Source: Bacteroidales bacterium
GTDB taxonomy: Bacteria > Bacteroidota > Bacteroidia > Bacteroidales > UBA932
DNA length: 64,000 bases
Direction of reading: 5' to 3'
Assembly: GCA_012728975.1 (NCBI GenBank)
Contig: JAAYDZ010000027.1
Coordinates: 81,553 to 145,552 of the forward strand
Position 1 is the first letter of the stretch. Each line of letters starts with the position of its first letter. The notes beneath the pieces were generated by a model, which saw only the letters and a list, made by a program, of their open reading frames with translations, ran no database searches and was not told where the DNA came from. A program made the translations under genes and the position numbers. Of this stretch, positions 26,789 through 35,493 are shown piece by piece.

Positions 26789-26911
26789 TTTGTGTGGTTG
26801 TTAGATTGTTTGACTGCTTTATTCTTGTGGTTATGGTTTGCAGCTTTTTTTTCTACAATTCAAAGATATATAAATATATGTAATTCACAACGTTAGTATT
26901 ATAAAAAGTAT

Positions 26912-26919
26912 TATCTTTG
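26912..26919 (+). promoter_or_regulatory. -7 promoter box TATCTTTG upstream of the intact GDSL gene
   Basis: TAnnTTTG match lying about 148 nt upstream of the ATG at 27067. It implies a long leader containing the GC-rich element at 26926-27012. Confidence 0.4.
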
Positions 26920-27066
26920 TACTGGGGACCCCCCCACCTGCGACTTTTTGGTGGCCCTTCGGCTTACGCCGTCGCCACGCTCGCACAAGGGCCTTCGTCA
27001 TCGGAGGTCCTTATTTTATTACTATTTTCCTTTGTCTGCTTATTCTCTTTTTCCTATTTTTGCAAT

Positions 27067-27729
27067 ATGAAAAAAATAATTTTAATGGCGGTGGTGCTTG
27101 TAATGGCGGTGGGTACTGCTGCGCAGGAAAGATATCAGAAAGTAATTCCTCCCCGGCGTTATGAGGAGGCTAATAAAGAAGTGAAAGTGAGACCTTTAGC
27201 TGTATTATTCGGAGATTCTATTACCGATGCCTGGCCTATAATGAGCCCTGATTTTTTCACCATTAATAATCTTATTGGTCGCGGTATCAGTGGAGAGACA
27301 ACAGGCGATATGCTGTTGCGGTTCCAGAAGGATGTGGTCTTTCTTAAGCCGAAATATGTGGTAATCCTGGCGGGGACAAATGATATTGCGATGAACGCAG
27401 GGCCGATCTCTCTTGAACATATCCTCGACAATATAATCTCGATGTGTCAGATTGCCAGGGCCAATCGCATCCTACCCATACTTTGCTCTGTACTGCCGGC
27501 TTATCTCTATAGTTGGCGTCAGGAGTTGACACCTGCAGAGGAAATAGTGGAGTTGAATGAGATGATCCGCGCTTATGCTGAGAGTGCCGGTATTCCCTAT
27601 GTGGATTACCATTCGCAGATGAAGGATGAGCGTAACGGACTTCCGGAGAATCTCGGGCCGGACGGTGTACACCCCAATCTTGAGGGTTATCGGATTATGG
27701 AGGAAATACTCATCGATTTTCTTAAGTAG
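27067..27729 (+). CDS. GDSL/SGNH family hydrolase (lipase/acylhydrolase)
   Basis: The start is taken at MKKIILMAVV (ATG 27067). The protein has a signal peptide, block I FGDSITD, block III GTND, and a C-terminal DGVHPN (Asp/His of the catalytic triad). Confidence 0.85.
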   Translation: MKKIILMAVVLVMAVGTAAQERYQKVIPPRRYEEANKEVKVRPLAVLFGDSITDAWPIMSPDFFTINNLIGRGISGETTGDMLLRFQKDVVFLKPKYVVILAGTNDIAMNAGPISLEHILDNIISMCQIARANRILPILCSVLPAYLYSWRQELTPAEEIVELNEMIRAYAESAGIPYVDYHSQMKDERNGLPENLGPDGVHPNLEGYRIMEEILIDFLK

Positions 27730-27735
27730 AGTAGT

Positions 27736-28254
27736 ATGACCGCTGACATCAATATACGCCAGGCGACAAAAGAAGATATCGCTCTGATTCGCAATTTGGC
27801 GCAAATTATATTTCCCCACACCTATGGGAAGATGCTCTCTCAGGAGCAGATCGACTATATGATGGGGTGGATGTACTCTCCTAAAAATATTGCAGCAGGA
27901 TTGGATTCGGGGCAGGAATATTTTATTGTGGAAGTTGAAGGGGAGGCGGTAAGTTATGCAGGAATTGCGCCTCAAGAGGATGATCCCGATGGCACCAAGG
28001 TATTTGAATTGATGCGCCTATATATTCTTCCGGAATATCAGAAAACAGGGCTTGGCAAACTATTGTTCGAGCATGTTTGCGAGCATATTCGCAGCAAGGG
28101 CTTCAAAAAGTGCAGAATGATGCTACATGTCAACAGGGAGAATCCAGCGGTGCAATTCTATTTGCATCAAGGGATGCAAATCCTTTATAGCAAGGACTTT
28201 GATATAGGTCACAATTTCTGGATGACCGATCATATCATGGGGATGTATCTCTGA
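27736..28254 (+). CDS. GNAT family N-acetyltransferase
   Basis: 172 aa. LYILPEYQKTGLGKLLF matches the acetyl-CoA binding motif A (Q/RxxGxG/A). Confidence 0.85.
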   Translation: MTADINIRQATKEDIALIRNLAQIIFPHTYGKMLSQEQIDYMMGWMYSPKNIAAGLDSGQEYFIVEVEGEAVSYAGIAPQEDDPDGTKVFELMRLYILPEYQKTGLGKLLFEHVCEHIRSKGFKKCRMMLHVNRENPAVQFYLHQGMQILYSKDFDIGHNFWMTDHIMGMYL

Positions 28255-28258
28255 CTTT

Positions 28259-29056
28259 TCACAAACGTATCATGCCTTTGGAGTAGAGACATGCGGTGCC
28301 GGAAATGAGGACGCGGTCGCCGCAATCTTCGCAAAAGAGGGTTCCGCCGCGGGGCGAAATTTGTTTGGCAGTCATAACCCGTTTGCCGAGACGTGCACTC
28401 CAGTAGGGGATAAGAGTACAATGCGCCGAGCCGGTCACGGGATCCTCCAAAATGGTGCTCTGCGGGGTAAAGAAGCGGGATACGAAGTCAACTTCGGGCT
28501 CTGAGGCGGGGGCGGTGATGATCACTCCACCCGGATCCATATTGACCCTATCAAATAGGTTGCGGTCGATCTCTATCTCTTCGATCTGCTGTTGTGATGC
28601 ATATATGAGCAGGTAGTCGCGCTCCTTAAGGACCTCCAGTGGCTTGATGCTCAAAGAATCATAGGTCTCTCTTGGGAGTGTTGCGGGTAGTGCGGGTCGT
28701 GAAGGGAAGTCGAGCGTAAAGAGGCCATTATCCACAACTACCCTCAATTCTCCGCCTGCGGAGGTAAAGAGTATCTCACCAGTAGGATCCTCGAAGATCG
28801 TGGAGATGACAAAAGCTGTTGCCAAAGTGGCGTGACCGCAAAGATCCATCTCGATGTCGGGGGTAAACCAGCGTATGGAATACCCCTCCGTACAACTGTT
28901 TTTTATGAAAAATGCTGTTTCGGCTACTCCATTTTCGGCAGCTATTTTCAGCATCAAATCATCTTTGAGCCAATTGTCAAGCGGTATTACACAGGCGGGA
29001 TTACCTTTGAAGAGCTCGTCAGTAAAAGCATCGACATGATAAGAGTAAAGTATCAT
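28259..29056 (-). CDS. PhzF family isomerase
   Basis: 265 aa. VDAFTDELFKGNPACV at the N-terminus and the ETAFF and CGHATLA motifs are typical of the PhzF family. Confidence 0.85.
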   Translation of the reverse strand: MILYSYHVDAFTDELFKGNPACVIPLDNWLKDDLMLKIAAENGVAETAFFIKNSCTEGYSIRWFTPDIEMDLCGHATLATAFVISTIFEDPTGEILFTSAGGELRVVVDNGLFTLDFPSRPALPATLPRETYDSLSIKPLEVLKERDYLLIYASQQQIEEIEIDRNLFDRVNMDPGGVIITAPASEPEVDFVSRFFTPQSTILEDPVTGSAHCTLIPYWSARLGKRVMTAKQISPRGGTLFCEDCGDRVLISGTACLYSKGMIRL

Positions 29057-29077
29057 AACCTATAGTTTTATTATTTG

Positions 29078-32000
29078 CTAAAACAGCGTTTTTTCTTCAT
29101 TTAAATTGACCTGTACAATATCGTTGTCTTTGAAGTACCAGATATATCCGGTAATACCCGGAAGGCCGATTTGCCCGAGATGCTTCATATAATCGCCCAC
29201 CTGCTTGCGATATTTTGTGTCATCGTGTTTGCCGAATTTATAATCTATCACAATTGTTTCATTCTCTCCTATAAGAATCCTGTCGGGGCGTTGTGTTTCC
29301 TCATTTTTAATAAGGATCTCCTGCTCGTTCAGCACCTCGTAAGTACCATCAAACCAATGCCTTTTGGTTATCGATTTTATCCTATTTGCAAGAAAATTCT
29401 TTGCATCCTTACACTCGGATTTCTTCAGGTCTCCCTGAATGATTGCTCTATCAATGGCTGGCTCAAGGTCATCTAAAGTATTAATTTCTGAAAGAATATC
29501 GTGGAGTACCAGGCCTTTGATACGGGGACTCTCTAAAGGATCCTTTTCAAATTCAAAAAAGTCGCGTGAGCGGAATGACTGCTCGAGTCTGTCACCAATA
29601 GGGATTGAACGGAATGATTTGACTGTTTTTGTCTCAATGCCATTTTCGAGCACTTTAAGTTTTGGGGTTGCTCCTTGTTGTTGTTCATTGGCTATTTTCT
29701 TGGCATCACTATAGCGCCATTGGCCATCGTTGGCCCGTGCTTCAAACAAATAACCATTTTCGCACTCCTCTATTTTTCCATCTTTCCCGCGTTCCTTTAC
29801 AAAAGAGCTGAGTTTTGTCGCCATGCTATCATCTTTTGATTCATCAGGTGAATAGATTACCATCTCGAAATAGGCGCGTGTCATTGCCACATAAGCGATG
29901 TTCAGGGTATCTATATGGGTCTCTTTTTTCTCTTTCTCAAACTCTTCGTCGAAGTCCGTATATCCTTTGGTCGTGTATCTTACAGGAACCAGGCCTATCT
30001 CTTTGAGCTTTTTATCTTTTGGTATGCACCAGAGATAGGGAGCAAATAGACCGGTTTTGACTGTGGTCTTTTCTTTGAAAAATGGGATTATGACTGCTTT
30101 AAAACCTAGTCCCTTAGCCTTATGGATTGTCATCACACAGACAGCATCCTGATCGGATGATGAACTGATTTTAACATTCTGACCTGTTTCCTCCCACCAC
30201 TCCAAAAATGCGGGCACATCAGACCCCTTGCGTGTCATAAATGCATTTACCTCATCCAGAAATGATTGTACAAACTCTATTTCATAATCAGGTACCTGAT
30301 CAAAAACAGTCCGGATGATTTCTTCACAGCTTTCATAAAGCGAGAGAGTTGCCAGATCGGGCATTTCAGGAATATTCATTTCACCGTTTCCATTTTCAGT
30401 GAAAAGATTTCTGAGCATCAGCCGGTTTATTTGGTCATCCGGATTGTCAATATGTTTGAGAAGAGTAATAATTTTGAGAACGGCTCTGGAATAGCCAAGC
30501 ATAAGTACATCTTCTGTGACTACGTTGATTCCTTTTGAAATCAGTTTGTCCACCACCATTTTGCCCTCATTGTTTGTACGCACAAGGATCGTGATATCTT
30601 TCAACTTATAACCATCTTCTTGTAGACGTCCTATTTCGCCAAAGTCACTGCTATCTTCGGCTTCCCCGGCAAGAGCATCCAGAGCATTTTGTTCCCAGGC
30701 TTTTTTGTCTTCTTTATCCACTTCGAACAATCTGACTTTAACCGCACCGGCATTATAGCGGTTGATATTGGATTTGTTTATCTTGATATCGGGCATTTTC
30801 TGGCGACAGTCGCTATATATCTCTTTTGCGTAAGGGTCATCTTTTGTTATGGACTCAAAGAAATCGCTATTGAATTTAACTATCGTCTCAGCACTGCGCC
30901 AGTTTTCCTCTATTACTCTTGGTTCAACATTCTTGCTTTCGGGTAAATTTATCAGAAGTGAGGAGTCAGAACCTCTGAATCTGTAGATGCTTTGTTTGAC
31001 ATCTCCCACAATGAGGTTGCCATTGTCCTGGGAGATATTATTGTCGATCAAAGGCTCAAAATTCTTCCATTGCAGCTTCGATGTGTCCTGAAATTCATCC
31101 AGCAATATGTGGTCTATCCTGTTGCCGATCCTTTCATAGATAAACGGAGTGTCGCTCTCGTCGATTATCCTATTGAGAATGTCCGCAGTCCTGCTAAGAA
31201 GGATAAGATTGTTTTCCTTTAGATAATCATTAATTTCCCGGAAAATATCGGCTGTGAGTCCGAGAAGGTAAATATTCTTGCGAATGATGATTGCTGTGTT
31301 GTATGCAGTATAATTGTCGGAGAAATATTTTTTCAACGTATCGGCTTTATTCTTAAGTTCACGGGCATAATCGGCCTTGTACTGCTCAACCATTGTTGTT
31401 TCTTTTCCCGGTTTAGGGGATTTACACCATAGATAAGCATCGTTATATTTTTCGCAATAAAGCTCTCCGGCATTATTGAGGTATGTACCTTGGGTGATTT
31501 TTACAAATCCATTTCTAGGAGGAATCTTCAATACCGGAAGAGTGTCATTTACTCTGTCATAGTCGCTTATTATCTCCTCTGCCACTCTCTTTGCATCCTC
31601 TTCAAATTTTTTAATAAAACTATTCAACATCTTGAGGAAATCATTTACTTTTTTGGAATCCGTAGCACTTCCACCTTCCGAATCGTTCTGATAGAGAGAC
31701 TCAACTTTACCTCTCTGAAGGAGAAAATCCTCTTTAAAAAGCAACTCCGAAAAAATGCAGAGCTCTCTGCGCACATCCCATGAACCACCCTCATTGATGA
31801 CACTCAGTGAATAGTCCACAAGCCAATCCAATAAAGGTTTGTTCTTTTCCTCCCCAAGAGTATCCATCATACGATCCACTGCCTGAGCAATCACCTCTTT
31901 TGTATCAAGCTCGACATTGTAGGAGCCATATTGACCAAGTTCCCTGGCAAATGTCTTCATCACTACCTGGAAAAATCTGTCGATGGTGCTTACATTGAAT

Positions 32001-32299
32001 CCCGAATAGTCGTGGAGAATGTCCTTTAGGAATGTTTCCGACTCATGGTCACCATCTGCTGCCTTAATAAAGAGCTTCTCCAGGATACGTTCTTTCATCT
32101 CGTCTGTGGCTTTGTTTGTAAAGGTTACCGCGAGAATATTCCTGAAAGGACGTGCATTGCCGGAGTTATAACTCTCTTCCAGCATTTTAATGTATGTCTC
32201 GGTCAGAGTATGGGTTTTGCCCGCACCTGCGGAAGCGACAATTATCTCAGGATTCTGTTTCTTGTTGGTCATTTCGGTGGGTTTTACAGGATTTTGCAA
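29078..32299 (-). CDS. addA: UvrD-type helicase / PD-(D/E)XK nuclease, AddA-like subunit
   Basis: 1073 aa with Walker A ASAGAGKTHTL, helicase motifs (LLDEFQDTS, SIYRFRG) and the C-terminal nuclease motif RPDRILIG...VIDYKFGK. It overlaps the addB-like gene by 16 nt. Confidence 0.8.
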   Translation of the reverse strand: MQNPVKPTEMTNKKQNPEIIVASAGAGKTHTLTETYIKMLEESYNSGNARPFRNILAVTFTNKATDEMKERILEKLFIKAADGDHESETFLKDILHDYSGFNVSTIDRFFQVVMKTFARELGQYGSYNVELDTKEVIAQAVDRMMDTLGEEKNKPLLDWLVDYSLSVINEGGSWDVRRELCIFSELLFKEDFLLQRGKVESLYQNDSEGGSATDSKKVNDFLKMLNSFIKKFEEDAKRVAEEIISDYDRVNDTLPVLKIPPRNGFVKITQGTYLNNAGELYCEKYNDAYLWCKSPKPGKETTMVEQYKADYARELKNKADTLKKYFSDNYTAYNTAIIIRKNIYLLGLTADIFREINDYLKENNLILLSRTADILNRIIDESDTPFIYERIGNRIDHILLDEFQDTSKLQWKNFEPLIDNNISQDNGNLIVGDVKQSIYRFRGSDSSLLINLPESKNVEPRVIEENWRSAETIVKFNSDFFESITKDDPYAKEIYSDCRQKMPDIKINKSNINRYNAGAVKVRLFEVDKEDKKAWEQNALDALAGEAEDSSDFGEIGRLQEDGYKLKDITILVRTNNEGKMVVDKLISKGINVVTEDVLMLGYSRAVLKIITLLKHIDNPDDQINRLMLRNLFTENGNGEMNIPEMPDLATLSLYESCEEIIRTVFDQVPDYEIEFVQSFLDEVNAFMTRKGSDVPAFLEWWEETGQNVKISSSSDQDAVCVMTIHKAKGLGFKAVIIPFFKEKTTVKTGLFAPYLWCIPKDKKLKEIGLVPVRYTTKGYTDFDEEFEKEKKETHIDTLNIAYVAMTRAYFEMVIYSPDESKDDSMATKLSSFVKERGKDGKIEECENGYLFEARANDGQWRYSDAKKIANEQQQGATPKLKVLENGIETKTVKSFRSIPIGDRLEQSFRSRDFFEFEKDPLESPRIKGLVLHDILSEINTLDDLEPAIDRAIIQGDLKKSECKDAKNFLANRIKSITKRHWFDGTYEVLNEQEILIKNEETQRPDRILIGENETIVIDYKFGKHDDTKYRKQVGDYMKHLGQIGLPGITGYIWYFKDNDIVQVNLNEEKTLF

Positions 32300-35200
32300 A
32301 TATTGCGGAAATTGCAGTAGCGGCAGGTGCCAAACTCTCCGTCGTCAAAGGCGACTGCCTTGAAATCTGTTGTATCATCGAATATTTCCGTGATTTTTTC
32401 TCTGACTTTCTCTTCAAATTGTTTCATGATATCCTTAGTCAGTCCCTGCTGAGATCTTATGGGATTATCTTTGTAGAGATCCCTGAGTGAAAAGACGGCG
32501 GGGGTGATATTGTCTCCATCGCAACCACATTGTTGAACATACAGCATTTTATAGAGCATCAGCTGGAAAGAAACGGAATTTTTTACACAGGATCCATCCT
32601 TCTGTTCCTTGAAAAGGTTGTCAATCAGCACCTCTTCACCGGAAGCTCTATCACTGAGTATTTTGTCACTTACACTACCGGTCTTGTAGTCGATAATCCT
32701 GATTTGGCCATCCTTTTCATCAACTCTGTCGATAGAGCCTTTGATGTTGATAGTACCTATACTGTCAATCTTTAACCTGTGGTTAACTCTCATTTCAGAG
32801 GCCTTGAATGTGAAAGGGGCATATGCCCGGTCAATTTCCAGAGTCTTATCTACAAAGGATGTTATAAGAGAAAATACTATTTTTTCCTGACCGGAGAGAT
32901 CCTCATATTCATACAGGATTTTTTTACTTTCATAATTGTATCCCCGTTTTTCCCTCGCTTTGGCAAATCCTTCAAGTATCAACTCTTCGATATGCTTTTT
33001 GTCTTTTCTAAGGGACCCGATCTGTTCGGTATCCCATCTCAATGCTCCTTTGCTGCGATCAGGCATATAGAGTTTCTCCATAACATAGTGGAAGATAGTG
33101 CCGAATTGTGCACCGTCAACTTCGTCCACCACCTCATCCTCTTCACTTATACCCTCGACATGTTTTAGATAAAACATCCTCTGGCATTTAAAATAATCAT
33201 TGAGCGTAGAGGCGGAAAAACTTCCGTTAAAACTGCCGTCGGCTTTTTGAAGATATTTATCCCGGAGTTTTTCCATTATAGATTGACTCTTTTTGATATC
33301 TCGGCTATAACTCTCTTTGTCCTTCATATTGTAGGAAACAGCGCTCTGATTAATATTTAATCTGCGTTTTCCACTTTCATCGGGTATGTTATATCCATAT
33401 TTCAACTGGTGGATATAGCGGCTTGGCTCTCCGACTTTAGTTCCCTCAGTGCGGGAGTCGAATATAAGCCAAATGTTTTCTGCCCTGCAGATGCTGCGGT
33501 AGAAATGGTATGCTGAGATGGAGTCCTGATACTCATAAGTGGGGAGTCCGAAGCCAAGGCGAAGGTTGTATGGTATAAAGGAGTTGCTCACATTTCCCGA
33601 AGGGAAGATTCCTTCGTTGCAGGAGAGGATTATCACATTTTTGAAGTCGAGCACTCTGGTCTCGAGAGGTCCCATAATCTGGATGCCTTGCAGAGGTTCG
33701 CCCTTGTAGGGAACCGAGAGCAGTGAGACGATCTGCCTCAGGAGTCGAAAATAGGTTCTAATCTCCATTGTAGGTAGTCCGAGGTCTGAGAGGCGTCTTA
33801 CCGCCTTTAAATAGTGGTATGCAGCCTCTCTATCGATGCCATTCAGATGATCCTGTATCAGGTGGAGTGTCTTTTCAAGCCAATTGCCTGCCTCTTCCGA
33901 ATCCCGGCAGGGATAGAATATGGTCTCCAGTAAATCATCGCCCGAGAGTTGTTCCAGGGGTATATATACGAGGTTTCTGCCGATAATCTCATTTTTGATG
34001 CTTTCAAGCCCCTCCTCGGGGAGCACAGCAGTAAGGAAAGGATGGCTTAGAAGTGCCATTACGCTTTTATGGTGAAATGAAATATCACCACTCTTTTTTT
34101 TGCGGGATTTTTTATGCAGCTCTTCCAGCTGGGCAATAAATGTGGCAGTGTGTGAGTTGATCAACGGATAACCCATTGTGACATTGACCTTATCAATACA
34201 ATCCGGAATGGAATTGAGCATCGGTTGGAGCAGAGTTTCATCCGGTAGTACTATGGCTGTCTCTTCCAGATCGGGGTTGGGGAAAAGAGTCCCATTTTTA
34301 TCACAGTAAATATCTTCCAGTATTTCCGTTACATATCTCGTCTGACCCACAGCAGAGGGGAGACTTATAATATTGATTTTTCCTGGTCCGAAATCATCAT
34401 CGTGAGTCGGCTTAAGAGGAGTCCCGTAGGGCTCTATTGATTCTTTTTGGGCAAATTCCACGACGTTTCCGTAAGGTGTTTTTTCCTTACCTCTGTATCG
34501 TAGCATAAACTGCGATGATTTATTGGACTCGTCTGTGAGGATATCCCCATAATAATCCCAGATAAAATCCACCTCAATACCACTTCCGGGTTTATTCAAG
34601 TGCCTGAAAAGAGACTTTTCACACTCATTTAGAGCGTTGAGACCCACAAAAACTATTTTATCGTATTTGCGACATTTGTTTAAAATATCTTCTTTCTTCC
34701 GGTTTTTCTTCGATCTTTGGTCCTTATCTTCCAGCGATTCTGCTACTTCTCTATACATCATTCCCTCATACATCAAACCTTTCTCCGCCAAAGCTTCGCA
34801 GAATGAGGTGTAGAGTTCATACATTTTATCCCAGATAGTGTAAAATTCCCCCTTGATATCTATTTTTTCATTTTCTTTTGTCACGTTTGTTCCACTTTCC
34901 CAATTTCCACAAAACTCCTTGATGGCATCTTTCTGCGCCTCACTCATATAATCGTTTTCATCTGCAGTCAGTTTTTTGAGTTCTCCAATATTGGAGAAAA
35001 ACTGTTTTGCATTGACCAGATATTTATCGATATCATCGAAATCATTGAGAAAAACATCACCCCAATAGACAAACTCGTCAAATGTGCTTTTGGCATTACC
35101 CTCTTGATCAGAAAAGAGTTTGGTATACTGCTGGTACAATATATAGAGAGCTTCAATCTTGTCAACCAACTGGCCTTCGGAAAGCTCCAGAAATAAATCA

Positions 35201-35376
35201 TTGATAGTAATCATCCTTGGAGCTAAAAGCGCCTTGCCCTCAATACATTTGGTCAGATACTTTTTGAAAAAGATCGATGAGCGCCTGTTAGGAAAGACAA
35301 AACAGAGCTTATTCATCTCATTTCCGTATTGTTTGTAAAAATGGCGTGCTACACAATAGAGGAATTTATTTTCCAT
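32284..35376 (-). CDS. addB: PD-(D/E)XK nuclease family protein, AddB-like subunit
   Basis: 1030 aa with a degenerate helicase-like N-terminus, the C-terminal nuclease motif GSIDRVDE...IIDYKTG, and a terminal cysteine cluster (GTCRYCNFRNIC) consistent with an Fe-S staple. It lies upstream of addA, as in addBA operons. Confidence 0.75.
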   Translation of the reverse strand: MENKFLYCVARHFYKQYGNEMNKLCFVFPNRRSSIFFKKYLTKCIEGKALLAPRMITINDLFLELSEGQLVDKIEALYILYQQYTKLFSDQEGNAKSTFDEFVYWGDVFLNDFDDIDKYLVNAKQFFSNIGELKKLTADENDYMSEAQKDAIKEFCGNWESGTNVTKENEKIDIKGEFYTIWDKMYELYTSFCEALAEKGLMYEGMMYREVAESLEDKDQRSKKNRKKEDILNKCRKYDKIVFVGLNALNECEKSLFRHLNKPGSGIEVDFIWDYYGDILTDESNKSSQFMLRYRGKEKTPYGNVVEFAQKESIEPYGTPLKPTHDDDFGPGKINIISLPSAVGQTRYVTEILEDIYCDKNGTLFPNPDLEETAIVLPDETLLQPMLNSIPDCIDKVNVTMGYPLINSHTATFIAQLEELHKKSRKKKSGDISFHHKSVMALLSHPFLTAVLPEEGLESIKNEIIGRNLVYIPLEQLSGDDLLETIFYPCRDSEEAGNWLEKTLHLIQDHLNGIDREAAYHYLKAVRRLSDLGLPTMEIRTYFRLLRQIVSLLSVPYKGEPLQGIQIMGPLETRVLDFKNVIILSCNEGIFPSGNVSNSFIPYNLRLGFGLPTYEYQDSISAYHFYRSICRAENIWLIFDSRTEGTKVGEPSRYIHQLKYGYNIPDESGKRRLNINQSAVSYNMKDKESYSRDIKKSQSIMEKLRDKYLQKADGSFNGSFSASTLNDYFKCQRMFYLKHVEGISEEDEVVDEVDGAQFGTIFHYVMEKLYMPDRSKGALRWDTEQIGSLRKDKKHIEELILEGFAKAREKRGYNYESKKILYEYEDLSGQEKIVFSLITSFVDKTLEIDRAYAPFTFKASEMRVNHRLKIDSIGTINIKGSIDRVDEKDGQIRIIDYKTGSVSDKILSDRASGEEVLIDNLFKEQKDGSCVKNSVSFQLMLYKMLYVQQCGCDGDNITPAVFSLRDLYKDNPIRSQQGLTKDIMKQFEEKVREKITEIFDDTTDFKAVAFDDGEFGTCRYCNFRNICKIL

Positions 35377-35434
35377 GTTTCTCCTGTTTTACAATATTAT
35401 ATGGCGTCCGGTTATAAACATTTTGTATATTTTA

Positions 35435-35442
35435 CAAATATA
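35435..35442 (-). promoter_or_regulatory. -7 promoter box (the reverse complement is TATATTTG) for addB-addA
   Basis: The plus strand reads caaatata, 58 nt upstream of the ATG at 35376. Confidence 0.35.
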
Positions 35443-35468
35443 CGATTTTTAAGGTGAAAAAGTTTTTA

Positions 35469-35476
35469 TATCTTTG
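35469..35476 (+). promoter_or_regulatory. -7 promoter box TATCTTTG for aroB
   Basis: TAnnTTTG match lying 17 nt upstream of the ATG at 35494. The ORF-track GTG start at 35476 is inside this box. Confidence 0.45.
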
Positions 35477-35493
35477 TGACGGTTTTTTCTAAA

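Noticed and set aside
26917-27066. TTG-initiated extension of the GDSL ORF (and the equivalent 23158-23301 extension of the truncated copy).
   Set aside because: The extensions start inside or next to the -7 promoter box and are unrelated between the two copies. The signal peptide begins at the internal ATG. I treat this region as 5' leader.
27472-27975. 167-aa minus-strand ORF across the GDSL/GNAT junction.
   Set aside because: It is antisense to two well-supported genes and has no motifs.
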